Source: Podarcis tiliguerta (Eukaryota). From it: a DNA stretch of 64,000 nucleotides. The notes beneath the pieces are model-generated. The model saw only the letters and a list, made by a program, of their open reading frames with translations, was not told where the DNA came from and did no database searches. The first letter of the stretch is position 1, and each line of letters opens with the position of its first letter. The stretch lies in NCBI GenBank assembly GCA_965153285.1, contig OZ229111.1, one strand, 5' to 3'. Positions 46,901 through 58,185 of the stretch are shown piece after piece. Both the position numbers and the translations under genes were made by a program.

Positions 46901-48025
46901 CTGTGCTACTGTCATCGTGATACCAGATCACAGAGCTCCAGGCATATATATATATCTAGGCGATGACTGCACCCATTTGAGCCAACCACATTTCAAAACT
47001 ACTAAATTCATGCTTCACATTGTGGTTAACTAATATAGACTAATTTTTAATGCTTATGTGGGACTTACATTCCGGGGATCATGCCTAAAGCTAAAATCAT
47101 GTATTGTCAAAACACCTTGGGTACAATGGCGGGGGGGATTGCCAAAGCCCTTTTTCCTGGACGTCTGCTCCCTTTTCACCTCTTTTTTTATTTTTTGCCA
47201 AGTGCATAAAGCTGAATGCACACAAGTTAAATGTGTGCAAGTTGTGGATATCCTGGATAGCCTACCACAAGCGCGGCCTCCCCCACCTCACTGTTGCAGT
47301 ACAGTGGGGAAACCGACCATGATGAACTTAGCTCTGCTCCTGAATCCTCAAAGAGCAGGTCCTCCAACTCACGTCAGCACAGCCTGCAGTTGTCCACATC
47401 TTGCCAGACTCCCAGCTCCCATCACCCCTGACTGCTGGACATGCTAGCAGGGGCCAATGTGTGATGGAGGCCAACAACAACTGAAGAACCGCAAGTTAGC
47501 CACCCCCGGATCGTAGCACCCCACTGAAATTTAGAAGGAACAATCCTACCACGTTCATTCTTGGAAAGGCACTAACTGAGCTCCCCACCTCTGCTCCTGG
47601 TTTCAGCTGAGAGTTGGAGGGCAATTAATTGCTTTCCACTCTCCAGCAACCAACACCCACTCCAGTTTGAATAAACAGTACACTCCCCCCCCCCTCCTTC
47701 TGCAACAGCACCAAGTCAAAATGTTTACCCCTGGGAAGATGCCAAGCTTGTGGACTTACCAGTCTGATTGGTTTGTGGTGCAGATCTGTCTCCTTGATGG
47801 GCTTGTCTTGGAAGGTGGGCACCAAGCCACGATGGGCCAGAAGCTGGAGCAAGGCAGCATTGTCCTTGGGGGAAGGGGCACCATCAGCGCCCGATGGCAG
47901 GGCCCGGCGCCAGGCACGGCAGTAGATGTCAGACGAATGCAGCAGGCGGATGAGAGGAGGCTTCATGTGCTCCTGTTCATACTGGTCTGTATAGAAGGGT
48001 TCACGTAGCTCAGCAGGGATGTGCT
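23180..48025 (-). CDS. CAMSAP3: CAMSAP3 microtubule minus-end binding protein, 18 exons, 5'-partial
   Basis: CH domain, coiled coils and C-terminal CKK domain; 3890 nt join in frame with GT-AG junctions; paralog identity from PPLTRVLTPPHNVDTLPHLRKFSPSQVP, KKPGTPK end and adjacency to XAB2; first coding exon not found. Confidence 0.95.
24046..24164 (-). CDS. CAMSAP3: CAMSAP3 exon (CKK N-terminal part)
   Basis: GPKLYKEPSAKSNKYIIHNALSHCCLAGKVNEPQKNRILE, 119 nt. Confidence 0.95.
24424..24542 (-). CDS. CAMSAP3: CAMSAP3 exon
   Basis: AASPSGPMSPSRLLSNQNRERDWENASTASSPASIPEYT, 119 nt. Confidence 0.93.
24736..24832 (-). CDS. CAMSAP3: CAMSAP3 exon
   Basis: SKLSKVYSQSTLSLSTVANDPGNSLSIKRSS, 97 nt. Confidence 0.93.
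25019..25251 (-). CDS. CAMSAP3: CAMSAP3 exon
   Basis: QRQAEEQ...GDFTRLEYQRRHQLKLMEDLDKVLR...DDSALARSPVKGLL, 233 nt. Confidence 0.92.
25767..25981. mobile_element. Non-autonomous hAT element
   Basis: gggtcagcaaact.../agtttgcctacccatg termini; second copy at 48873-49128. Confidence 0.75.
26800..26936 (-). CDS. CAMSAP3: CAMSAP3 exon (coiled coil 3)
   Basis: DEAKAEEEMAQKRASFLERQQRRTEEAKRRKQWQEAEKEKKEEEA, 137 nt. Confidence 0.95.
27977..29705 (-). CDS. CAMSAP3: CAMSAP3 large central exon (1729 nt)
   Basis: HPLSQAVSFSIPFGLDSDVD...LPTIEEALQIIHS...LEEKRRAIEAQKKRIEAIF...GMGFYFK; TAG acceptor, GTAGG donor. Confidence 0.96.
29903..29975 (-). CDS. CAMSAP3: CAMSAP3 exon
   Basis: SLHHSTSMSHVEGFGKPWSKKQL, 73 nt. 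Confidence 0.92.
31073..31146 (-). CDS. CAMSAP3: CAMSAP3 exon
   Basis: SPVFSFRHPLLPGGQAQSPLCGSL, 74 nt. Confidence 0.92.
32598..32810 (+). mobile_element. Squam3-like SINE interrupted by a partial hAT MITE
   Basis: SINE body to ~32646, MITE right part ~32647-32741, SINE resumes at gtgtagac. Confidence 0.65.
32992..33043 (-). CDS. CAMSAP3: CAMSAP3 short exon (52 nt)
   Basis: CAG|DSPGLNDSLTPNSGNNS|GTAAGG; bridges the phase 1 and phase 2 junctions of the neighbouring exons. Confidence 0.82.
34566..34659 (-). CDS. CAMSAP3: CAMSAP3 exon (CH domain end)
   Basis: INVGVFLAELFLCFEVLKPDFVHPKELPGLQ, 94 nt. Confidence 0.95.
35206..35345 (-). CDS. CAMSAP3: CAMSAP3 exon (CH domain)
   Basis: VCLKETMSVADSLYNLQLIQ...LEDLLYMPPMLR, 140 nt. 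Confidence 0.95.
35498..35636 (-). CDS. CAMSAP3: CAMSAP3 exon (CH domain)
   Basis: IRYRKDKALPKQTPCFP...IHYYCPQIVRLE, 139 nt. Confidence 0.95.
37365..37412 (-). CDS. CAMSAP3: CAMSAP3 48-nt cassette exon
   Basis: CAG|HAIAFCLKESGNKPPV|GTAATG, symmetric phase 0. Confidence 0.88.
38412..38444 (-). CDS. CAMSAP3: CAMSAP3 33-nt cassette exon
   Basis: CAG|CPTRWYWKLVP|GTAAGT, symmetric phase 0. Confidence 0.92.
39088..39186 (-). CDS. CAMSAP3: CAMSAP3 exon
   Basis: IIHKIQQSSEQECTQRAAPGTDGQTQASNSGPK, 99 nt, donor GTGCGT. Confidence 0.88.
39424..39880. mobile_element. Tc1/pogo-type non-autonomous element
   Basis: Left end taccatactgttctgtctattagacg, right end caatacacgggaaaatacagTA. Confidence 0.55.
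40892..40928. repeat. (ATTG)n microsatellite
   Basis: About 9 units, starting ~18 nt downstream of a CAMSAP3 donor site. Confidence 0.9.
40946..41080 (-). CDS. CAMSAP3: CAMSAP3 exon
   Basis: GAHLALIDSLMTAFALE...WDQKLLHWIDM, 135 nt. Confidence 0.93.
41323..41585. mobile_element. Tc1/pogo-type MITE
   Basis: TIRs TActgtatttttcgctctataaga / tcttatagagcaaaaaatacggTA with TA duplication; internal hairpin ~41414-41484. Confidence 0.85.
41760..41885. repeat. Long inverted repeat (hairpin)
   Basis: Arms 41768-41805 and 41833-41870 complementary at 34/38 positions. Confidence 0.85.
43293..43432. mobile_element. hAT-type MITE
   Basis: Palindromic family; flanks aactagac/gactaaac. Confidence 0.7.
47760..48025 (-). 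CDS. CAMSAP3: CAMSAP3 second coding exon (first found in window)
   Basis: EHIPAELREPFYTDQYEQEHMKPP...HKPIRL, 266 nt, phase 1 start. Confidence 0.95.
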
Positions 48026-48872
48026 CTGTACACACAAAGAGAGAAACAGTCACATTATTCCTTGCACTAAGCAAGCCTCTCTAAAATATCCCATCTGCCT
48101 CACAGTATCTTTTGCACACCAACCCCCGGAGCCTCCTGATCCTCAGTACCCTATTAGTTTTCTGTCACCGCTATCTGCCCCAAGTCAGTGAGCTGCAGAG
48201 AGTGGATTTTGGTGCAATAAATTCAAGTATAAATCCTCAATCCACCCTGAAGCTCAGACACCAGATCTGCGTCTCCCCACCAATTTGGTGCCCTCCAAAA
48301 GTTGTTGGACTACAACTCCCATCAATCACAGCCAGTATGGTCAATGGACAGTAATTATGGGAATTGCAATTCTGGAGGACATCTAAAGGGCACTAGGTTA
48401 GGGAAGCCTTGACTATTTTATCCCACAGAAAACTGTTGTGAGAAAAAGATATCCTATGCACGTTGTCCTCCGTCTTCCCGTAATAAAGAATGGGGTAGAA
48501 ATGCAATGAAAAATTATACCAAGAGAAGAGGTGCTGCAGATATAATGACGTTGTCCCCCTCCAGGGCCTTTTGCTGTCTCTCTCCCCTGTCCCCACAGGC
48601 CTGTCTCCAGTGTTAAAGGGGGGAAATAGTTCCACAGATGGAGGTGGGCTCAAGCCCAGGCACAAAACAGGCAGGGGATCCTGAAAAGCCTTCCAAATGT
48701 CAAGGCCAGCAGGTGATTCTTAATGATATAGGTTGTCTCTTTTACTCCTCTCAGTCTGGGTGTGGGGGGAATCAGACAAGTTAGAGGCACATACAGTGGA
48801 CCAAGGCTGCATCAGGGTGAATCCCACCATTCATGACCAGGGCCAGAAGTAGCACCCAGCATCCTCAAAGCA

Positions 48873-49128
48873 GACAAGAGCCAGCAAACTTTTTCAGCAG
48901 GGGGCCAGTCCACTGTCCCTCAGATCTTGTGGGGGACCAGACTATATTTTGGAGGGGGCGGAAATGAACGAATTCCTATGCACCACAAATAACCCAGAGA
49001 TGCATTTTAAATAAAAGGCCACATTCTACTCATGTAAAAACACAGAGATTCCAGGACTGTCCACAGGCCGGATTTAGAAGGCAATTGGGCCGGATCCAGG
49101 CCCCCGGGCCTTAGTTTGCTTACCCATG
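48873..49128. mobile_element. Non-autonomous hAT element
   Basis: Near-identical core to 25767-25981. Confidence 0.75.
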
Positions 49129-51690
49129 CTCAAGCAGCTACCAGGCCCAAAGCATCATACCAGGGCCCACCAACATTGCTGTTTGGCCCTCCCACTTACC
49201 CAGTCCCTTGGTCACAGATTTATGACAGTACCACCAGCAGCTAGGAATCTAGGGCAGAAAAGCCTCTGGCTGGTCATGGCAAATGAGGGGTAAGTGAGGG
49301 CTGGCTGCAGTGCCTGGCACATTCCTGGTCCCTTGCGGACTTACAGTGGAAAGGAAGCTGCCCCTCATTTTGATTTACTCACAGCACATGAGAGTGCCCC
49401 AAGTAGTTGGGCTCTGAAGTGGGAAGGGGGGACCTGTGGCCTACAAACATTGCTGGGCTCCCAAAGTCCACCAGCCCCACCAGCATATCCATAGGTCAAG
49501 GATGCAGTCCAGCAATGTCTGGGGGTGGGCACAGCTTCCCCAAACTTGCCTTGGCATACCTGGAGGGTAGGCTGGTTAAAGGTTGTTGCACCCTCGTTCC
49601 CTTCCTATGGCCAGGTGGACATGCCGATTTCAGGAAGTGGAAGGTTTCCCTGCATGGCCTCTTCCAGCCCTACTCAATGGTTTGGGGGAAACTTACACCA
49701 ACGACGTCACCTCCCCAAATGTGGAAAGCCAAAACATACTGCACAGATTCATTGCCTGTTAATATACTTTCCCTAATTTATTCCTGGCCTGTCTATAAAG
49801 AGCAATAGCTTCTTTAGTCCGCTCTTCCCAAAGCCTTTTCCTTAGTGCTGTCAAGAGCTTAGAACAGAATCAAACATTCCTGATGGCCAAGGCTGGCCAT
49901 GATGGCATCACAAGTCACCATCTTAGATCACACCCAAGCAAACTGCAAGCCGCATGCAGCCCACTGTGTGTTCCCAAGCTACCCACTCCTAATGCCAATT
50001 GAATTTTGCTGAATTTCACTACTGGTGGAAGTATGTAAACTGTGCTACTCACAGCACACCACACAGCTGCTCATTCTGAGGTGGGAGTCGATTATTCTCC
50101 TCTGAGCTGAGAAAGAAAGCAAGTATGATACTTGCTAGCCACCACAATTGCTGCTTTCAAAGGATGTGTGCACATATCTCTGTGGTGATATGTACATGTA
50201 TGTAAGCACCCACCATCGCCGCATGTAGCCTCTGGAGGTAAAAAGATTGTCCATCCCTGGAATAGATATGAGGCAACTAGGGAAAGACTAATCCCTCCTT
50301 GTCCTCACATTACAAGTCTCCTGGCATCATAAAACATGCACACACTGGAACAGCATCCCCAGATGGATGCGATTTGGCAACACTTGTGATTTTGAGACAA
50401 GGGGTTTCCCCCTTCATGCACTTTCATCTCCACAGCAGAAGCACTGCCTCTTTTGAGCACCTTTCCCCTAGCATGCCAAGAGGAAAAAGGCAGAAGCAAG
50501 GAACAGCATGGCTAGGAGCCAGATTCCCTTGAATGCTAGGCGAATGCTCCCAATCTTAGATAAAACCTTACAGGACAGAAGGCAGAGATGGAGCCTCACA
50601 GGGGCAGCCTTGGCTGTGCATCCACTGGGGACTTGCACGCAAACAACAAGCCCAACAAGCAAGTGCAGAGCAGACAAATAGCTTGGGGGCACCCACTGCA
50701 AGAGCTCTGGCATCCAGCCGTAAGAGGAGGGTATGAATTTCTACCCTGACAACACAATTAACATCAGCAGGCTCAGACACATCCTCCCACTGCAGGCTTA
50801 CGACAGAAAGGGGACCCGCAATGTTATCACAGCACTATTTCAGGGGGCAGTGGAGTGTCCGGAGGCTTGGAATCCTGTGTTTAGCCTCTGGATTGCAAGA
50901 GGCAAATTATATTTAAAGGGTTAAGCGAGAAGTCAGGCCAATTTTTGCTTTGGGAAAGGGGCAGGCCTTTGGAGGAACTGGGAAGCAGACCTCCCACAGG
51001 CTCAGTAATAAATGGCAGCGGTACAAGCTTCTCCTTCGGAAACTGTAAGCTCTCTTCCTCCCACTGGGTTTGCGGTACTCTGGCCTGCGGATGGCAGGTA
51101 TAGGGAAAGCAAGACATCTTAGCGTCTTCCTGACAGGAAGATCATGCCAAGGCTTACACGCACGCGCTCTACCAGCTGTTTCCTCAAGAGGTGAGGCCAC
51201 GAGACTGGAGATCTACGTGTCAGCTCCTGCCAGTGAGCAGGGCTGGGAGGGGCGGGACATTCCTGAGCGCGCGAGTGTGCAAAGGGGAACAGGTGGAACA
51301 GCTTCGCCAGCTGATTCAGCAGCACCTGATCACAGCCACAACTGCACGGGACCAGACTTGTGGCTGCAGTCCCAGCTCCTTTCCCGCCCCATGGCTCAGA
51401 GCCCAAACTAACAAAGCCCAGCCACCCCTCCTGGCAGAAAGCCCATCCCACCCACCTCCAAGTCTTCAGGGCATCCAACATTGGGAACAACCTACTTTGG
51501 CTGGGAGGGATAAGGAGAGTGGTGGGACACACACAAGTCCCTAGTCAAATCTTTTAGGCTGTGAATAGCACAGCTTCCCTCCCAAGCACAGCTGAACTTG
51601 TGGAGGGGGGCACATGTTGTTACAGAGAAATATAGACAGAGCAGGTAACAGAGCTAACAGGGGCCACAGGCCAACGTTGAATTGAAACCT

Positions 51691-51830
51691 CACAGCATAG
51701 AACTGTGGAGCTGGGAGGGACTATGAGGGTCATCTAGCCCAAGCCCCTGCAATGCAGGAATCTTTTGCCCAACATGGGGCTTGAAACCATGACTCTGAGA
51801 TCAAGTCTCGTGCTCTACCAACTGAGCAAT
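51691..51830 (-). mobile_element. tRNA-Lys-derived SINE with CR1-type tail
   Basis: Reverse complement GCTCAGTTGGTAGAGCACGAGAC..TCTCAGAGTCATGGTTTCAAGCCCCATGTTGGGC then CCTGCATTGCAGGGG..CTAGATGA. Confidence 0.8.
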
Positions 51831-53891
51831 CTGTGAAATGTCTGCCAAAAGGTCCAGCTTTTCATGTGCTCACCAATATTGGCATGGACACTAAGATCAT
51901 TACCAAACTTCTTGTTGGAGGGGGACAAGCACAAAGCAGAGCCTGCATATAGTAGCCCAGAACCTAAGGGAGTGCGAAGAGGTCAGCCTAGACATGAATG
52001 GCTATGTATAATACTCTGGGTCCCTGCCACACAACACACCCACCCCTCATCAATTATTGCCCAAGGCTAGCATGGTTGCTAGTACTGACCCATGTCCTCT
52101 CCTGCAACCACAATGGGCGGCTTCTCTGCACAACAGGCAAACCCAATATTTGGGGTGGGGAGTAATGCAGCTCTAAGGATTATGAAGCCAACAGGTTTTA
52201 CTGTCTCTTAACATTCTCTCCTGGATGCCTTTTCAGCAGTATCCAGAGCTGAGAATTGAAAAGGGATCAGCCCCTTTTCACATGACAGGCGGCAACGACC
52301 ACTTTCCCACTGCAAATAAACTTAAAATGATGGCAGCTTGCTCACTGCGTAGAACCATTGTCAGTAACTCCATGAGTGGTGTACAGAAATGGACCTGCTC
52401 AGCTACAAAGGGAGGAGAGTTTGCTCCAAACCAAGGTTGATCTTTGGAATCTGCATTCCTTACCACACCAGAGGTAAGGGAAGCACAAAGGGGAAAGACT
52501 AGATATGGTGAAAGTTAGATAGAACCTGTCACTGAAGCTTCGCAAGAACTCACGTGAAGAATAGCTCAGTCCTGATTCACCAACCTCAAGGGGGATATTA
52601 TTGTTTTGTACTTCACAATAGATGAAGGGGCTACTTGATAAGGGGGTCTTGCCAGCCTGGGGAAAAATCAGATGTGACATTTGGCACTTGGCTTTAATTC
52701 GTGTGGCTGTTAATTTGAAATAAACAGCATGTGCAGAGTTGAACAAAGTTGAATAGAAACCATGGTGGGGGTGGGGAGGGCAGGGGGGTGTTAACCCTTT
52801 GTCCCCACTAGGGTACTTACTAGAATCAGGTCCTCACACCTGCTATTGACAATAGAAATAAGGTAGCAAGCAAGGAAGGACTGTGAGGAAAATAGGCATC
52901 AAGAGTTTTCTGATTTTTATACAAACCAGATATAGAGAGGGGTTATTTGCTAACTCCAAGCAGGACTGTAGTGGGAGGCAAAGGTTTAAAGCCCCTCTAT
53001 CTCCCATGCCATGGTCCCAATCTGCGTAGAGTCTTCCCTCCCCACAAAAAGTCATCATTGGCTACTTCTTGTTTTAAAATAAGACATTCAAGTGAACAAA
53101 TGTCATGTCTAGTTTGCTCTTCACATTAAGATATTAATCTGACACCCAATGAGATGCTAGAAAGGTATAAGCCCAGCTCTCATGACAGGGAGTTACTGTG
53201 CCACATAGGCCACTGACTTAATAAAAAGAATCTGAACCATAAAGAGCAGACCAAACAACACAAGCTCTCCAACAATTATATCCAGGGCCACTGCTCTTCC
53301 CTTGCCCCCAGCCATCCTGGCATGAGCTTTTGCACTTTTAATGAGCAGCAAAAATGATGCCAGGCAACATCCCAATGTGGTAAGCTTCTAGCCACAAAGG
53401 ACACAGAGAGAAAAGCATCATGGAGACATAATTGCAATGGGAGATGAGTGACAGCACATGATTAGGATCAGCTTTGGGCCCGCAGGTCTTAGGGGGAAAT
53501 GCAGGCAAAAACTTAATATCACTGTGCCGATTCCTTCAAACAAACTTCAGAAAAGCAGGGACACGCCATGGTGCAACGAGAACACCTTCCAAATGAGAGC
53601 CTCATCATGTTTCAGAGAAGTGGGAACTCCCAAGCCTGGGAAAGGAAGCTAACAGTCCTTGCTCTCAGCCTCAGCGCTCCCAGCAATGTTGTGCTCTCTC
53701 AACTCCAAACCAGACACAAAGCATTTAACATGCAGGTCTATTTTTTGTTTTTAAATTCAAATAGCATCACAGGTGAGGGGGCTGTCAATTATTGTGATAG
53801 TACCAGACATGGAAGGGGAGCTTAGCTAGTCCTTTCCTTGCTGCGGTCCTAAGACAAATATTCTGAAGCAAATATTTGCATTGTGGAAAGA

Positions 53892-54070
53892 TAGGAAGCT
53901 GACTTATGCTGAGTTACACAACTGGTCTACCTAACCCATATTGTCCACCTTGCCTGGCAGTGGCTTTCCAGGATTCCAGGCAAGCGTCTCCCAGCTTTAC
54001 CTGGAAATTCAGGGATTGAACCTGTGACCGTCTGCATTTAAGGAAGATGCTCTGCTGCTGACCCTATGGC
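53892..54070 (-). mobile_element. Squam3-like tRNA-derived SINE, degraded
   Basis: Similar to 60702-60900 and 62856-63050. Confidence 0.6.
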
Positions 54071-54988
54071 CTACCACTGAGCCACAGAAATCCCTCACAG
54101 GCATATTTAACACCACATGCCACAATGAACTGAAAGCCACATCTAGTTTGACCTTCAGACACCTGCATCTGAAACCCTGCAGAGGGAAAAGCCTTGGTGG
54201 GGTGGAGAGAAAGATTTGGACAGCCATGAGAAAAAAGGATTGTCTCTCCCAAGCGCTTTCAGTAGCCTCCACTGGAAACTGAGTGTTTTCCCCTATTCCA
54301 AAAGGGTCCCTGAGCTACCATTATACATGTTTGAAATTAGCAAACAGTTTGGGCCTTAGGTAGCAAAGACTCATGTGGTTAAAACACCTTGAGCACTTAC
54401 TAATCCACGTTAAGTCATGACTTAATAATGGGGATGTGCCCTGAAGTGCTTCAAATGACAATTCTAACACAGGGTTCGCCGTTTGTTGGGACACAGGAAG
54501 TGGGCATTATTTGCAGGGACCACACTCCATCCAGAAGTCACTGGCACGTGCCTCACAGATCAGGCCCCAGTCCCAGCAGGTAAGGCTAGAAAGGGAATGA
54601 ACCAAGGAGCCTTGCACCAACCTCTTGCGCAGCAGCTTCAGACTGCCCCACCACAGAGCATCCATAGGCCTCGGCAAGCCTATTCGGCTGCAGTCTGAAG
54701 CTGCGGGGGCTTGTACAATTACACGTGACAAGAGCGCCCCAGGAACTATGCAAGAGCCAGAGGGGCGAAGGCAAAACCTGTCTCCGGCATAGCACCACAC
54801 CCCCACCTGACAACAGGCCCCAACACGCAACACAGGCTCCAGGGCGTAAGTACTGTGCCCTGAAATGACATCAGTGCTGCATTACACACATACAAAACAC
54901 ATCCTTGCCGTTATCCATCAGGCCTTGTGGTCCCTTCCAACTCTATGATTCTAGGCTTGCTACCCAGCACAGGGTGCTTCCTCTAAAG

Positions 54989-55124
54989 CAGTGTTCCCCA
55001 ACCTTGGGCCTCCAGCTGTTTTCGAACTACAATTCCCATCATCCCTGACCACTGGTCTTGCTAGCTGAGGATTATGGGAGTTGTAGTCCAAAAACAGCTG
55101 GAGGCCCAAGGTTGGGAAATGCTG
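54989..55124. mobile_element. hAT MITE, intact
   Basis: Near-palindromic 136 bp; perfect 8-bp TSD ctctaaag at 54981-54988 and 55125-55132. Confidence 0.9.
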
Positions 55125-55764
55125 CTCTAAAGCACTTGTCCACACAGCAACTCTGGTGAGAAATGATCGCACTGATGCAACAGCACAGCCTGCATCTCAG
55201 GAAGGTTAGGTCTGAACAAACTAAGAAGAGGGCGAAACAGCGTAGTGAAAACTCATGAGGAAAGATGGAACTTGCTATCACCAGGAAGCAGGCAAACATG
55301 AGGCAGGATTCAGGTAACTGGTCCCACTAGCAGAAATCCAGGCAAGGGTTTCCCCGCTATCATAATAGAGCTTTTCCTCACCCCCAGAAACGGCTCGGGA
55401 GGGATTGGGAGAACCCCCCAGAACAATGCGCAATGGAGCAGAGGAGAGATTAAAAAATGCTTCCTCTGACTGAACAATCTCCTTAGTGTGACACTGAATT
55501 CCTCCCATGGACGGCCTGCCTCCCCAGCATGACCACTGAAGTGGATGGGGACATGGGGAAGAAAAGGTGACTCCTCTTACTCCTCATGTTTTTGGACTAC
55601 AACTCCCATCATGCTTGGCTGCTGTCCTTGCTGGCTGGAGATGAGAGTGTTGGAGTCCAATCCAGGGAGCCAAGTTTGGCAAAAGGCTGCTACTCTACAG
55701 CTTTAGATGGCAAGGCTCTGTGAAAAGGGAGCACAGAGTCCAAACAAATCAAGGAAAGATGCAA

Positions 55765-55980
55765 AGTGGTACCTTGGGTTACAGACACTTCAGGTTACAG
55801 ACTCCACTAACCCATAAATAGTACCTCAGGTTAAGAACTTTGCTTCAGGATGAGAACAGAAACCGCACGGCTGTGGTGGAAGGCCCCATTAGCTAAAGTG
55901 GTACCTCAGGTTAAGAACAGTTTCATGTTAAGAACAGACCTCCAGAATGAATTAAGTTCTTAACCCGAGGTACCACTGTA
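55765..55980. mobile_element. Tigger/pogo-like MITE
   Basis: TIRs agtggtaccttgggtta / taacccgaggtaccactgTA; internal ggttaagaac repeats; second copy at 60401. Confidence 0.85.
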
Positions 55981-57589
55981 TTTGTAATGTTAATCAGCAG
56001 GACTCTTGTTTCAGAGGAACTGAAAGTCAGATATGCAGACTAGATCAATACATAGCAAGGGACTGAGGTGGTCAAGTCTCAAGGTGGTAAAATAGGGCAG
56101 TGCTCCTTTAGTAGATATGGAGGTTTTACATCTTTGAATGCTTTGTCATTAAAAAAAACCCACTTCAGGTAGAAAATTAGCATAGCTGAGAGTCGGAGAT
56201 AGGCTAGAACGTCTCCCCATTATGCCCTTTGTTTTTAACCTGCACGAGATTTCAAAAATTGTGCCCTGCTCAATTTATTCCTCAACAAGTATAGTCAGTT
56301 CTCAATCTCTTCCCCGCCCCCCAATGGACCACTTAAAAATTGTTGGGGATCTTGACAAACCACTTCATAAACTTCTCATCCTTCAGGGCTGGCATTCTCA
56401 AAACCAGAACCTGATCATAAAAATAATGAGCCGTAGGTCAAGGCACTGAGAAGAGTCCCTTCAATTGTTGTTTTAAGGTAAAAATGAGTGAACTGCACCA
56501 GCGCCATATAATGAAAATCACAGGCCTTAAGCCAGGACATCATTGGGCCTTATCCGCTCCCGATCAACATGGCCTCACCTTCCACTGCCAACAAAGTATA
56601 AATCATGTGCAGGCCGAAGTACAGACATTCGCCACTGCTTCACAATCTTTTCATGTTCTACCTCAATGGCGCTCGTAGACCACCATCTGAAAACCTGTAG
56701 CCAACTCTGTCCCCACATTCTACTGTCCCTGTAGACAGGGGCCTAAATTTATTGGCCGCAACATAGTTTTCAGGCAAGTACAATTATTACTCTTTTCTTG
56801 GTAGAAAGTCTTTTCTTGGTAGATAGGCAGAATAAAAAATATTCTAAATAACAAATACGACCAAGATGGGTGAGGGAGGTAATTTCTCCCTGCCGTAAAC
56901 TTCATGGATAAGTTTATATTCTAGAGTAGGAAGGGGAACCCCGTGCCCAGGGGCCAAATGTGGCCCTTTGCGCCTATCTGGCCCTCAAGACCTTTACCAG
57001 GGTGCCGTGCAATCCTGCTCTGTACCTTCCTTGAAGCTTATTGTATGGCTAGATTGCATCCTTGAGCTCTGATAATGCCTCTTGTCTGTTTGAATGGAGG
57101 ACAGAGAAAGGTGTAAGAGTGCGCAGAAACCAGCCTAGTGTATATATGGGCAGGGTATGAATAATAAAATTTATTTTTATTATATTTGTTGCTCCACCCA
57201 CATTTGCCTCTGGCTCTGCCCACCATTGGCATGAGGCTCTCTGACTGGAGAAGTCTAGAGGGTGTTGGGCACAGATCAGAAGGAGAAACTGACAGGTACA
57301 CTGAAGGAGGCAACAAGCAGAGTGTGATACAGGACTCAAGGGGCAAAGGCATTTGACTCAAGCCCAGAAACCATTCTTGAGGCAGGGGAAACCTGCATAT
57401 GGGAGCCTTAGCCAAGCAGCCGGATTAAAGAGAAAAACAAGCAGGGCAGCCGCCACCGCCTCCCCCACCCTCTCAGACGGCCAAGGTCGCAGCTCAAGCT
57501 CTGTGGCAGGGTTACAGCCAGGCAAGAGGGAGGGGCACAGCCAGCAGCTTAAGGGGCAATCTTATGAAATCCAGAGGCATGCCAGCTGC

Positions 57590-58185
57590 AAGACAATGTC
57601 AATAGGCCTGCACAGGATCAAGGCACAGGATGGCCGTATGCTTCCAATTTCATGTAAGAGCCCTGCTGGATCTTCCTGTTTCTCCACACCGGCCAACCTG
57701 GGAAACCCACAAGCAGGACCTGTGTCCAACGGCACCCTCCCGCTTATGCTCCCTAGCAATGTATTCTGAGGCATGCTGCTCCCAATACGGGAGATAATAA
57801 AGCCCTTGTGACAAGCAGCCATTTAAGGCCTTATCCACCATTAATTTGTCTAATCCCCTCTTAAAGCCACCCAAATTAGTAGTCCCTCTTGTGGGACCAA
57901 ATTTCATAGTTCTAGCTATGCGCTGTGTGAAGTACTTCCGTATCTGTCCTGAATCTCCCATCCTTCAGCTTCACTGGACAGCTCCAGATTCTAATATTAC
58001 GAGAGATGGAGAAGAACTTCTCTCTCTCTCTCTTTTATGCAAAAGTGTTAAAAACCTCTATCATGTTCCACATTACTTGCTTCTTTCCTCAACTAAAAAA
58101 CATTCTCAAATGTTAGAAACTTTCCTCATTGGTGACTTGGCCCAGCCCACTGGTCATTTTGGTAGCCTTTCTTTGAACAAACATC
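57590..58185 (-). mobile_element. CR1 LINE 3' fragment
   Basis: Minus strand encodes RKYFTQRI...TNLGGFKRGLDKLMVDKALNG, the CR1 ORF2 C-terminus, followed by 3' UTR. Confidence 0.75.
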
